Notes under the pieces: generated by a model
Database searches by the model: none
What the model saw: only the letters and a program-made list of their open reading frames with translations
What the model was told of the DNA's origin: nothing
Translations under genes and position numbers: made by a program
Assembly (NCBI GenBank): GCA_048772705.1
Contig: JBLWGC010000141.1
Location: 7,533-71,532, forward strand
Direction: 5' to 3'
Source of the DNA: Leidyana gryllorum EB-2025a
Taxonomy: Eukaryota; Protista; Apicomplexa
Length of the DNA stretch: 64,000 nucleotides
Shown: one piece after another, positions 37,561-50,816 of the stretch
Position numbering within the stretch: the first letter of the stretch is position 1
Layout: each line of letters begins with the position of its first letter

Positions 37561-40500
37561 CGGTCGGAATCGGAACCGCCGACAAACTCATCATGCTATC
37601 ATTTTGCACCCGTCGATTCCACTAGACCACAGATGCAGAACACAATCTTGTGAATCTTGTACGTGGTGACAGCCATTCCTTATAAGCCTATCGATGCATC
37701 AAAGCCTTCTGCCGGAATCGAGCCGGCGCCTTCTCGCTTACGAAGCAAACGCTCTGCCCCTAAGCTTCGAAGGCAATGTAAGTTGGAGATAACGAAACGA
37801 TGGCTACTGACGGAGATTAGTGGAGCACTTTGCTCGAGTACTTCAATGGCTTCCACTGCCGGGACTTGAACCCGGATCGTGCGGGTGAGAGCCGCATATC
37901 CTAGCCACTTAGACTACAGTGGACAAGTGCTCGAGTTTAGGCTTCGGCCGAGAGCCGAACCGTCTCGGAAAGATTCCACCATCAATACGACTGGAATTTG
38001 TTACTAAGTCCGAGCTTTCTTGCCGCCCCAACTCCTTCGGTAGAGCGCAAGACTTTTGAAGGGAGAACCGCGGGTTCGGGCGGCGCGAGCAGTCCTAGTA
38101 AAGCTTGCTGAACCGTATGTGAAGCCACTGGCTGCAAAATGCCAAGTTCGACAGCGGCAACTTGCCCGAGTGGTTAACGGGGTAGACTAGAAATCTACTG
38201 GGCCGGGCCCGCGCTGGTTCAAATCCAGCAGTTGTCGTGCGATGTGGTTGGAGGGTTAAACACCAACTGACGCATGAATTTTCTGGAATGATGGAAAAAC
38301 AACAATGTGTCCTCTGCATCTGCCGGGAATCGAACCCGGGTCGTCTCGATGGCAATGAGACATTCTACCACTAGACCACAGATGCGTGACACCTCCATTC
38401 CTGACCACCAAGTAATGAGTCTGGAGCGGGGGATGGTTTTGGGCCTATGGCCAACGTACCGCGTCTGACTCCAGATCAGAAGGTTGGGTTTTCGAATCAC
38501 TATGGGCTCAATCAGACTCTTTTGTTTTTCCCGTGTGAGGCTCAACCTGAAAAGAGTGGGATTTGGACCCACGCCCTTTCAAACTGCGACTTGAATACAG
38601 CGCCTTAGACCCCTCAGCCATCTTATCAGCTCGGTTCCTGTCCCGCTACTCCAAGCGTTCCCTGTCTGTTGAGGCTAGAGAATGGAAAAGCTGGGCTCTG
38701 AGGTTGGGCCGTGCCTCCGACATGGTATCAAAGTTATATCTCCGCCTGCCACGCCAACGATCGGGTGGGTACCAGCTCTGAACGCATTCATTTCCAATCC
38801 CAATGGCTTCATACACTCTTTTAATTCTTGGTCGTGAATGGTTAGCACTGGAGGTTTTGAATCTCCCGAGCTGGGTTCGATTCCCGGCGCGACTCGCAAC
38901 TAGTTCTACTTCTTGAAACTTCGCAACTTCTCTTGGTTTCCGCAAAGCTTTCGTGCAGTCATGGTCTAGTGGTTACTACGTCTGCTTAACACGCAGAAGG
39001 TCCCGAGTACGATCCCAGGTGGCTGTAGCTCGAATCTTTGAAGTGAGTGCCACCAAAGCGAGGAAACAGGCTCTCTCCAAAACAGGGCATCGAACCCGCG
39101 TCTTCCGCGTCTTCAACCCTAAAAGTCTTCCTTCTCGAGAACTACACGGACAGAAAACCTGTAAAGTGGCGAACGCTCCGGCAAGATGGCCGAGTGGTCT
39201 AAGGCGCTGTGTTCAGGCCGCAGTCCGAAAGGGCGTGGGTTCGAATCCCACTCTTGTCAGCCGTTGTATTGTATTGGCACTCAGTCCCCTCACTTCACTG
39301 GTCGTTTGACCTACAAACAGCTACAGCTGCACCTGCCGGGACTCGAACCCGGGTTACGACCTTGGAAGGGTCGCATCTTACCCTTAGACCACAAGTGCAA
39401 TTGCGAACGATTTGCAGCACCCCGAGAGACTGGGCCAATTTCTGCTCCCAGCTTCAGGTTGAGTAGTACTTTGCCAATCACCCCTCTACTTCCGGTGGGT
39501 CGGAATCGAACCGCCGACTATCTGATGCCAGCACTACAGTCAGATGCTCTACCAACTGAGCTACCCCCGGCCGTCCAACTGCTCCGGGGTTCGAAAGGCT
39601 CAACCCCAGATCCTCGCCCTGTCGCACTGCGGTCTGAGCACAGCGCCTTAGACAAATCGACCATCTTGCCGGGATGTTGTTGGCTCGCCGCTCCACGCGT
39701 TTTCTGTGCTTGGAATCTCATAATGGAAGAACTTTTGGGGTTGGAGGCCGGCGTGTTCAGAGCATTTGAGATAGTATAGTGGTTAGTATTTCCGCCTGTC
39801 ACTCGGAAGACCCGGGTTCGATTCCCGGTCCGAGCAGTTCCAGCCCCTCAAAACTGCTGCAACTCAGATTTTGTCTCAGCTGGTCTGGACTTCATTCGGG
39901 ATTGTACGAGTGGGAGCCGCGTATAGTAGCCGACCTTGGAGAGACGTGGCATTGAACCCAGGACTTCTTCCAGCCGAAGAAAGAATCATGTAACTAGACC
40001 AAACAGCCCCCTGTGGGTGCCTCAGCCGGGAATCGAGCCTGGCTTCGCACGGCCACAACTTGCTGTCCCAACCACTAGACGACTCGGACAATCTGCAAGT
40101 AGCTATCAAGGCAGTGGGGCATCAATCAGGATGAAATGTAACAGGAGCGTTAGATGCTCTCTAAATGAGCTACTCCAGGCCGTCCAACTTCTGTGAGGCT
40201 CATCGGATACGTGTTTCGAAAGACATACGCCCCGTTCACGGCCCGGAAGCTCCGTACAGCCATGGTCTACTGCTTACGACGTGCTTCACACGCAGGAAAG
40301 AAAATCCCAAGTTCTATCCTGACAAGGATGGGATTTGGATCCACGCCCATTCGGCGCTGCGCCGTCACATATGTCCCTGCGAGTGCTACAGCTGTCCGCC
40401 AGTGTCTGATTGGCACTAAATCATGTATGTCTATGTCCTCTGCATCTAGCGGGAATCGAACGCGGGTCGTCTCGATGGCAACGAGACATTCTACCACTAG

Positions 40501-42209
40501 ACCACAGATGCATCACTCGTTGTTGTTCAAGCTCGTGCACAATAACGGCCGTTTTGCTTCAAATGAGAAAAAAAACGAGTTGAGCGAGTATGACGGGTAT
40601 TTTGTGGGTACGTAGCTCAGTGGTAGAGCAGTTGACTGCAGATCAGCAAGTCCGTGGTTCAACTCCGCGCGTGCCCTGAAGATGGTTTGGAACGATCGGA
40701 GATGTTGGACCACAAGGCAATGAGTCTGGAGCGGGGGATGATTTTGGGCCTATGGCGGAACGTAGCGCGTCTGACTCCAGCTTAGAAAATTGGGTGCTGT
40801 CCGCCAGTGTCTAAATGGCTCTGATGTTTGATTCCAGCTCTGGGGGATCCAGCATCCGGGTCGGTGCCATCTGTCGTTGCAGAAGTGGTCGCGTAGCTCA
40901 GTCGGTTAGAGCGTGAGCCTAATAAGCTCAAGGTCCTCGGTTCGAGCCCGGGCGTGACCAAGTGAGGGGATCTCTGCTAAAGAGTCGCCCCGCACGCGAG
41001 GAAACCACAACATTCTGCGACTAATACGAAAGGAACTTGTTACCAAGTCCGAGCTTCCCTGCCGCGCCAGCTCCGTCGCTAGAGCGCAAGACTCAATGGT
41101 GGAGAGTCCTAGTCAAACTTGCTGAACCGTATGTGGAGCCACTGGCCGCAAAATGCCGAGTTGAACAGGTGGCAACTTGCCCGAGTGGTTAAGGGGGTAG
41201 ACTAGAAATCTACTGGGCCTGGCCCGCGCTGGTTCAAATCCAGCAGTTGTCGTGCGATGTGGTGGAAATGATGCAATTCCCAGCATCAAAAACTCATATG
41301 GGTCGAGACAGGGAATGCCTCCTTAGCTTAGGGGCAGAGCATTCGCTTTGTAAGCGAAAGGTCGCTGTTCGATTCCGGCAGGAGGCTTCAGTCATTAGCC
41401 TAAACATGGTTGCGATCCTCTGCCCGCATTTCGGACGGCGGCTTGCACACAGCACTCGGCCATCTTGCCGGAGTGTTCTTGGCTCGCCGTTCCACCCATT
41501 TCCTCTCGGTGAAATCTCAAAATGCGAGGACTTCTGGGGTTGGAGGCCGGCGAGTTTACTAGCGCCCGAGATAGTATAGTGGTCAGTATTTCCGCCTGTC
41601 ACGCGGGATACCCTGGTTCGATTCCCGGTCTCGGGGCACAGATGGCTTCGCTGAAGATTCTCTCTTTTAGTTCTCGCTGAACGTCGCGAGCTACAGCCAC
41701 CGAGGACCGAACTCGGGACCTTTTGGGTGTTGAGCAGACGTCGTAACCACTATACCGTTGACTGCATGAATGGGCCCCGCAGCCCAAGAGGAGTGGCGAA
41801 GTTTTACGGAGCAGTGAAGACCAGTTCCAAGGTCGCGCCGGAAATCGAACCCAGGTCGGGAGATTCAGAGTCTCCAGTGCTAACCACTCACCACGCAACC
41901 GCTTCAGCCCATCCCAGAAGAGTCGGTAGAACTATCCGGACTAGCCCTTTCTCAAATGAACAAACGCAACACGAGTCTCTCTACTGACCGCTGAAATAAT
42001 TAATTGGCTCCTGTATATAGCGCCCAGCGTAGAGCGTTCTATTTGAGTCGGACAATCATTGAAGCACGCTCTCCGCGAATGCTACCGACAAGGGTGAGAT
42101 TCGAACTCACGCGGGTGGAACCCAACAGCTTAGCAGGCCGCCGCCTTAACCGCTCGGCCACCTTGCCGAGAGTGTAACTGATTACATCCTCCCTCGGGAA
42201 GGAAACGAA

Positions 42210-45200
42210 TCGGCGACCTTTCGCTTACTAAGCGAATGCTCCCCTAAGCTAAGAAAGCAATACAGGGCGAAGATCACGAATGAGTCACTGTTGACGGGGA
42301 TTACTGGAGCACTTCGCTCAAGTAGCTTCCACTGCCGGGACTTGAACCCGGATCATGCGGGTGAGAGCCGCATATCCTAGCCACTTAGACTACAGTGGAC
42401 AAGTGCCCGAGTTGAGGCTTTGGGCGAGACCCGTACCATCTTGAGATGAGGTGGAGCGTCGGGTCAACCTGTCGATCAGTGAAATGAGGGGACCACCTCC
42501 CAATACAGGCTGACAAGCGTGGGATTCCAGCCCACGCGATTTAGAAGTGCGGCCTGAACACAGCGCTTCAGACCACTCGGCCATGTCGAGTAAGTGGTCA
42601 TACTATGTTGAGAACCAACACATGCGACGGGTCCGCATAACAAAAAGGAGGGTCTTTTGGGGTTGGAGGCCGGCTTGTTCAGAGCGTCCGAGATAGTATA
42701 GTGGTTAGTATTTCCGCCTGTCACGCGGAAGACCCGGCTTCCATTCCCGGTCTCGGAGCACAGTTGGTTCCGCTGAAGATTGTCTCCTGTGGTTGCCGCT
42801 GAAAGTTGCGAGCTGCCACCGAGGATCGGACTCGGGACCTTCTGCGTGTGAAGCAGACGTCGTAACCACTAGACCATGGCTGCACGGCTGTTCCCGCAGA
42901 CCAAAGCAATGGCGAGGTTTTACGAAGTAGTGAGGACTAGTTCCAAGGTCGCGAAGGCAATCGAACCCAAGTCGGGAGATTCAAAGTCTCCAGTACTAAC
43001 CACTACACCACGAATCAGCCCTTCTTCAAGAGTTGATTGAGCCATCCGGACCGGAGCTTCCCCACACATGCAAAACGGGTTCTTCTACTAACCTCCAAAT
43101 ATTCAACTGGCTCTCGCAGCGCAGTCGGCAAAGCGTGTGATTGTTAAATACCAAGTCGCAGGTCCGCGGTCTACGGCATCCTGGACCATATTGCGATGCC
43201 AAAGTCGATCCAAGGGCTACAGGGCACCCTTCATAGGTCGTAACTCGTGGCTAAATACCGGCAGGTGCCGTCGTACGAAGTTTGGACGACCTGGGCATCG
43301 ATTCCAGTACCTCCCGCATGCTAAGCGAGCGCTCTACCATTTGAGCTAGTCGCCCGCTGTGCAGACCGCATCGCATTTCTTGGTTCTCGACATAGTATGA
43401 CCACTCTCTCGACTGCACCCAACGGATTGCACCACCGACAGGCGGCTGTTTGGTCTAGTGGTATGATTCTTCCTTCGGGTGGAAGAAGTCCTGGGTTCGA
43501 TTCCCAGAACAGCCCGCTTTGTTGTATCTTGACCCAACCTGCCTGGCAGCATGGTTCTGGGTTCGGGTGATTCCTCGGAGAAAGTCGGAGGGGGAGTGTA
43601 GCGCAGTCGGTAGCGCGTAGGTCTCATAATCCTGAATTCGAGAGTTCGATCCTCTCCACTCCCACGGTCGGAATTGAAACCGCCGACAAACTCATCATGC
43701 TATCGTTTTGCATCTGTCGGGAATCGCACACAGGTTATCTCGATGGCAGCGAGCGACTCTTCCACTAGACCACAGATGCAGAACACGATCTTGTGAATCT
43801 TGCGCGTGGTGACAGCCATTCCTCTTAAGCCTATCGATGCATCAAAGCCTTCTGCCGGAATCGAACCGGCGACTTCTCGCTGACGAAGCGAACGCTCCGC
43901 CCCTAAGCTGAGAAGGCAATGTAAGCCGGGTATGACGAAAAAGCGCTATCGACGGAGATTAGTGGAGCACTTTGCTCAAGTATTTAAATGACTTCCACTG
44001 CCGGGACTTGAACCTGGATCGTGCGGGTGAAAGCCGCATATCCTAGCCACTTAGACTACAGTGGACAACTTCTTCAGCTGCAGCTTTGGACGAAAGCCGT
44101 ACCATCTCGAGATGAGATCTTTTTGCACTTCCCCAGATTTGAAACCGCCTCGTATCGAGCGCGCGTCGTCTCAATGGCACGGAAACATTCGAGCCCTTGA
44201 CCGCATTTATTTCCAGTCCCAATGGCTTCACTCACTCTTTTGAATCTTGGTCGTGAATGGTTCCGTGTTGTAGTGGTTAGCACTGGAGACTTTGAATCTC
44301 CCGACCTCGGTTCGATTCCCGGCGCGACCTCGCAACTAGTCATCACTACGTCTTGAAACTTCGCAACTTCTCTTGGTCTGCGGAAAGCTTTCATGCAGCC
44401 ATGGTCTAGTGGTTACGACGTCTGCTTAACACGCAGAAGGTCCCGAGTTCGATCCTCGGTGGCTGTAGCTGGAACATGTGAAGTGAGCTCCACCCAAAGC
44501 GAGGAAACGTGCTGTCTTCGAGACAGGGCATCGAACCCGCGTCTTCCGCGTCTTCAACCCTAGAAGTCTTCCTTCTCGAGAACTTCACGGACAAAAACCG
44601 CGTGGAGCGACGAACCAACAAGACTGCGGCAAGATGGCCGAGTGGTCTAAGGCGCTGTGTTCAGGCCGCAGTCCGAAAGGGCGTGGGTTCGAATCCCACT
44701 CTTGTCAGCCCGAACGGTAAAGCGCTCGTTGGCATGGGTCGGTACCCAGGTCGTCCAATCTTACCGGAACTCGAGTTTGGCACCGCGGAGCACCCCGGAT
44801 CTGCTTCCACAGAGAGGAAACGCGTGGTTGGCGGGAGCGTCACCGAGCTGGCAACATGGCCGAGTGGTCTGAGGGCACGTGCGCAAGCCGCGGTCCGAAT
44901 GGGCGTTGGTTCGAATCCCACTCTTGTCAGCCGTTGAATAGGCAGTCGGTCCCCTAAGTTCACTGATAGACCGTCGTTCAAGCTACATACGGCTGCACCT
45001 GCCGGGACTCGAACCCGGGTTACGACCTTGGAAGGGTCGCATCTTACCCTTAGACCACAAGTGCAATTGCGAAAGGGCCGCAGCACCCCGAGAGATTCGG
45101 GCGATTTCTGCGTCGAGCTGTCTGCAACCTACAAAAAACGGACTGTTCGGGAATCGAATCGAACACTCCCCCAGGCGAGGGAAGAATATACCACTAGCAC

Positions 45201-46389
45201 TTCAACTCGACATGGGCGGCAGTGGGTCCCCATACAGCTAGCAAGCTTGCCTCGGCCAAAACGGAACGGATTCCGAGTGAGAGGCTGTGGTGCGGATGGG
45301 ACTCGAACCCACAACTCCCGGTTCCGAAGACCGATGCCCTATCCATCAGGCCACCGCACCATGGATAAGCTTCGGTCATCTCGATACTGGTTGGGTGAAA
45401 GGAGTATTTGATCTCAAAACCTCCCCCAAACCGTTGTTAAAAGTGCAGCGAGTAAGACATGTCGCTGGCAACCTCGGGGCGGCACGGACGCGGCGCATTC
45501 TGATACTCGATGTGACGACCTCTTTGCCTCGCCGGCGGATCGAACACGGAACTTCCAAGTCTTGTCTAGCGCTCTCTAACTGAGCTTCCTGCGCGCGAGA
45601 AAGTCATGGAGCGCGGTGAAGATGAGTGACCCACCGCATGTGCGAGCCAGTCTTGCCAAACCGTATGTGAAGCCGCTGGCCGCAAAATGCCGAGCTCGAC
45701 AGATGGCAACTGGCCCGAGTGCTCAAGGTCTGAGTATGCACGCGGTCGGCCTCAATGTGGCGCCTGACTTTGCCAGCCTGTAACCCTGCACACCCCATAG
45801 CATTTGGTTCTTGACATGTTATGACCAGTCTCCCGACTCTACCAGCAATTTGCACCACCGATCAGTCGGCTGTTTGGTCTAGTGGTATGATCCTTCCTTA
45901 GGGTGGAAGGAGTCCTGGGTTCGATTCCCAGAACAGCCCTCTTGGTCGTCGGTTACCCGACGGGACAAGTTGCCTTCAGAACCAACACAGCCACCTCGTT
46001 AGTCCACCTCCGTAGGGCAGTCACGGCAACTAACATCTAGAGAATCGCATTTCGGCTAAGTCGACGACCTTGGAAAGGGGTTCCAAGAGCACAAATGCCG
46101 TCTAGAGAGTACGGTGCCGCATAACCCGGTCCTGGCAGGTTTCGAACCTGCGACTTTGTGGTTAACAGCCACACGCTCTGCCGACTGAGCTACAAGACCC
46201 AGCTACAATGTTTCAGAGGTTAGTATAGAGATCCTCCCTTATTCTACCGCAGGATTCTGCAATCACGTCTTGTCAAGAGGGTACGGCTCTCGGCTAAAGC
46301 TGCAGCTGAGGGAGTTGTCCACTGTAGTCTAAGTGGCTAGGATATGCGGCTCTCACCCGCACGATCCGGCTTCAAGTCCCGGCAGTGGA
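42210..46389. repeat. Second copy of the ~4-kb direct duplication
   Basis: Near-identical to 32665-36620. Confidence 0.9.
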
Positions 46390-46806
46390 GAGTGTGCTTG
46401 CAGGCAACAGTTCCATTCTTACTTCCAGGGGATATAGATCCACTCCGCCCGCGGGGCTCGAACCCGCGACTGCAAGATTAAGAGTCTTGCGCTCTACCGA
46501 CTGAGCTAGGGCGGCAGGAGAGCAAGGACACAAAACCCGATAGCCTGACATCTAAAGTGGCTTTGGTACCCACCAGCCTCACATAGAGACGAGTCTCTCG
46601 ACTGTACCCAGCGGGTTGAACCACCGACAATGTGGCTGTTTGGTCTAGTGGTATGATTCTTCCTTCGGGTGGAAGAAGTCCTGGGTTCGATTCCCAGAAC
46701 AGCCCGTCTGATAGTTGTTGACGCAACACGGCACTCGACCCATCCCGAACAGCTAAGACAGGATCTGAGTTGTTGACTCAACAGGCTGCAACCCGGGCAT
46801 TCGCCC

Positions 46807-46879
46807 AGACGCTACTGGGACTCGAACCCAGAATCCCCGGTTCCGTAGACCGATGCCATATCCATTAGGCCATAGCGCC
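46807..46879 (-). tRNA. tRNA-Arg(ACG)
   Basis: GGCGCTA/TAGCGTC, TCGGT-CT ACG GA-ACCGG. Confidence 0.88.
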
Positions 46880-48078
46880 GACTAGCGGAGCCGTCAAATG
46901 GAAGTGTGTAGCGATCAAGACGACATGGGCAGCTACGCTCGATGGTGGGTCTGGACAGACTTCACCCACATCTCCCATTCGAGACATCGGGGACATACTA
47001 TCCAAGCCAGGATTCGGGCCTGGGTATGCAGGGCCACAACTTGCTGTTGTAAGCACCTAGACGACCCGGACAATCTTCAAGTGAGGCTGGTGGGTACCAA
47101 AGCCACTTAAGATGTCGGGCTATCGGGTTTTGTGTCCTTGCATTCCTGCCGCCCTAGCTCAGTCGGTTGAGCGCAAGACTCTTAATCTTGCAGTCGCGGG
47201 TTCGAGCCCCGCGGGCGGTGAGCATCTATTTCCCTGGGAGTAAGAATGGAACTGTTGCCTACAAGCACACTCAGCTGGAGTTCCACTTCCGGGACTGGAA
47301 CCCGGATCGTGCGGGTGGGAGCCGCATATCCCAGCCACTTAGACTACAGTGGACGAGTCACAACAGTTGCACTGACGAATGATGCGCCAGAGAAGTGTGA
47401 CTCGGTCTCAGATTGGAAGTTCACCTAGGTTTGGCGGGTGGGTGGCTATCTCAAGTGGTAAAGCGGTGACTTTGCACGCGAGAGGTCAGTTTAGACATCT
47501 ATCAATGCCGCAGGGCAGGCTGAACATGGGGGGTTCGATTCCGGGCGCGACCTTGGAACTGGTCCTCACTACTCCCTGAAACTTCGCCACTTCTCTTGGG
47601 CTGCGGGGACCATTCATGCAGCCACGGTCTAGTGGTTACGACGTCTGCTTAACACGCAGAAAGTCCGAGGTGAATCCTCGGTGGCTGTAGCTCCCACGCT
47701 CTAGTGGTTACGACGTCTGCTTAACACGCAGAAAGTCCGAGGTGAATCCTCGGTGGTGTAACTCCCAACTTTCAGCGAGAACCAAAGGAGAGAATCTTAA
47801 GCGAAACCACCTGTGCTCCGAGACCGGGAATGGAACCGGGGTCTTCCGCGTGACAGGCGGAAATACTAACCACTATACTATCTCGGACGCTCTGGACACG
47901 CCGGCCTCCAATCCCAGAAGTCTTTCTATTTTGGCTCACGGACAAAAAACGCGTGGAGCGATGAACCAACAACACTGTCGCAAGATAGCCGAGTTGTCTA
48001 AGGCGCTGTGCTCAAGCCGCTGTCCGAAAGGGCGAGGATCTGGGGTTGAGCCTTTTGAACCCCGGAGCAGTTAGACGG

Positions 48079-48158
48079 CCGGGGGTAGCTCAGTTGGTAG
48101 AGCATCTGACTGTAGTGCTGGCATCAGATAGTCGGCGGTTCGATTCCGTCCCACCGGA
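48079..48158 (+). tRNA. tRNA-Tyr(GTA) with 7-nt intron
   Basis: Same sequence as 9829-9908. Confidence 0.85.
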
Positions 48159-48899
48159 AGTAGAGTGGTGATCGGCAAAGTACTACTCAACCTGATGGTG
48201 TTGGCAGACAGTGTTGATAGGCCAACTAGACTACTCCGGCGGGTTCCATCTATCTAGTTCGGATGAGCTGAGAATCGATCCCAGAACCTTTCGTACACTA
48301 AGCACCGTTTCATCATCTGGGCTTGCCTCCCTCTGTGCCTACCTCATGGCATTGAGTGATACTTCACATAGTGAGACGAGTCTCTCGACTGTACCCAGCG
48401 GGTTGAACCACCGACTAGGCGGCTGTTTGGTCTGGTGGTATGATCCTTCCTTAGGGTGGAAAGAGTCCCGGGTTCGATTCCCAGAACAGCCCGTCTGATA
48501 GTTGTTGACGCAACACGGCACTCGACCCATCCCGGACAGCTAAGACGGGATCTGAGTTGTTGACTCCGCAGGCTGCAACCCGGCCATTCGCCCAGACGCT
48601 ACTGGGACTCGAACCCAGAATCCCCGGTTCCGTAGACCGATGCCATATCCATTAGGCCCTAGCGCCGACTAGCGGAGCCGTCAAATGGAAGTGTGTAGCG
48701 ATCAAGACAGGACATGGGCAGCGACGCCCGATGGTGGGTCTGGACAGACTTCACCCACATCTCCCATTCAAAACATCGGGGACATACTATCCAAGCCAGG
48801 ATTCGGGCCTGGGTATGCACGGCCACAACTTGCTGAGGCTGGTGGGTACCAAAGCCACTTTAGTTGTCAGGCTATCGGGTTTTGTGTCGTTGCTTTCTT

Positions 48900-48972
48900 G
48901 CCGCCCTAGCTCAGTCGGTAGAGCGCAAGACTCTTAATCTTGCAGTCGCGGGTTCGAGCCCCGCGGGCGGTG
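48900..48972 (+). tRNA. tRNA-Lys(CTT)
   Basis: CAAGA-CT CTT AA-TCTTG. Confidence 0.92.
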
Positions 48973-49196
48973 TGGGTCTGTTGCCTACAAGCACACTCAG
49001 CTGGATTTCCACTGCCGGGACTTGAACCCGGATCGTGCGGGTGAGAGCCGCAAATCCTAGCCACTTAGACTATAGTGGACAACTTCCTCAGCTGCAGCTT
49101 TAGCCGAGAGCCGTACCCTCTTGACAAGACGTGGTTGCAGAATCCTGTTGTAGAAAAAGGAGGATCTCTATACTAACCTCTGAACCATTGCAGCTG

Positions 49197-49269
49197 GGTC
49201 TTGTAGCTCAGTCGGCAGAGCGTGTGGCTGTTAACCACAAAGTCGCAGGTTCGAAACCTGCCAGGACCG
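49197..49269 (+). tRNA. tRNA-Asn(GTT)
   Basis: Intact cloverleaf. Confidence 0.9.
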
Positions 49270-49384
49270 GTTTCAGAGGCACACTAAACACTGAGTGCCC
49301 TGGTGTGCCAATGGCACTTATGGTCTGCGACCCTTCAAAGATGGAAGTTTGTTTGGATCCCGCCACGTGCAGCCGTACGTACTT

Positions 49385-49457
49385 TGGACGACCTGGGTAT
49401 CGATCCCAGTACCTCTCGCATGCGAAGCGAGCGCTCTACCATCTGAGCTAGCCGCCC
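49385..49457 (-). tRNA. tRNA-Ala(CGC)
   Basis: CTCGC-TT CGC AT-GCGAG. Confidence 0.9.
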
Positions 49458-49481
49458 ATCCGCTCATCCGCTCTACATGGA

Positions 49482-49787
49482 TGATGCGTCATTTTGAACC
49501 TGATCTGCATTCTTTCAGTTAAGCCCCAGAGTCAATGACGGCCTAAGGCCTTTAGGTTAAGCTAGATCTACGTGCCAGCCTGGTTAAGGGAGACACGAGC
49601 ACGGCACACACGTTTTTATTATTCATTTTTCATTACATTCCAATACAACTAATTCAATTACGGGCACTTACCAAACCAAAACCCAACTTCAGAATACCCA
49701 GATTAGCCATCAGTACAGATTATGGACCCAATGCATCCAACTAGGGACGGAACCAGCGATTCGGCGCATGTTCCGCCTATCAAACCA
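49482..49787 (-). mobile_element. 306-bp TG...CA insertion, probable solo LTR (family B)
   Basis: ATGGA TSD at 49477-49481 and 49788-49792; empty site at ~60650-60680 (opposite strand); AT-rich; AATAAA on the minus strand near 49615. Confidence 0.8.
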
Positions 49788-49836
49788 ATGGAAGACCTAT
49801 TGCATCCAGTGGCTGACCGAGGGCCGATACAACGGC

Positions 49837-49916
49837 TGACAAGAGTGGGATTCGAACCCACGCCCTTTCGGACTGCGGCCTTAACACAGCGCCTTGGACC
49901 ACTCGGCCATCTTGCC
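49837..49916 (-). tRNA. tRNA-Leu(AAG)
   Basis: CTGTG-TT AAG GC-CGCAG. Confidence 0.9.
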
Positions 49917-50744
49917 GGAGTGCCCTTGGCTCGCCACTTTACACGCTTTCTGTCCGTGAAGTCTCGAGAAGGGAGGACTATTGGGGTTGAAGGCCGGGGT
50001 ATCCACGAGCGTCCGAGATAGTATAGTGCTTAGTATTTCCGCCTGTCACTCGGAAGACCCGGGTTCGATTACCGGTCTCGGAGACACTTCGTTCTTCCGC
50101 TTTAGATTTCGTGGTGCTCGCCTGACAAACGCGAGTTACAGCCACCGAGGATCGAACTCGGGACCTTCTGCGTGTTAAGCAGACGTCGTGACCACTAGAC
50201 CATGGCTGCACGGAAGGTCCCGCAGATCAAGAGGAGTATTGAGGTTTCACAAAGCAGTGAGAATTAGTTGTGAGGTCGCGCCGGGAATCGAACCCAGATC
50301 GGGAGATTCAGAGTCTCCAGTGCTAACCACTACACCACGCAACCCATTCACTCCTTCACAAAAAGAGTTGGTAGAGCCTCCGGACTAGCCCTCAACCAGA
50401 CATATGCAACACGCGTATCTCTACTAACCTGAGCGTGTGGTTGTAAAATACAAACTCGCAGATCCGGTCTCTGAGGCAACCTTCACACATACTGCGGTGC
50501 CCAAGTCCATCTAAGGGCTACAGGGCACCCTCAAAGCTCTCAACTCTGTAGTCAAATAGCGCCAGTTGCAGCACTACAAACTTTGGACGACCTGGGCATT
50601 GATCCCAGTACCTCTTGCACGCTAAGCGAGCGCTTCACCATTTGAGCTAGTCCCCCGCTGTGCAGACCCCATCGCATTTAGTGGTACTTCACATAGTATG
50701 ACCACTCTCTCGAGTGTACCCAGCGGGTTGCACGACCGACAGGC

Positions 50745-50816
50745 GGCTGTTTGGTCTAGTGGTATGATCCTTCCTTAGGGTGGAAGGAGTCCTGGGTTCG
50801 ATTCCCAGAACAGCCC
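50745..50816 (+). tRNA. tRNA-Pro(AGG)
   Basis: Intact cloverleaf. Confidence 0.9.
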
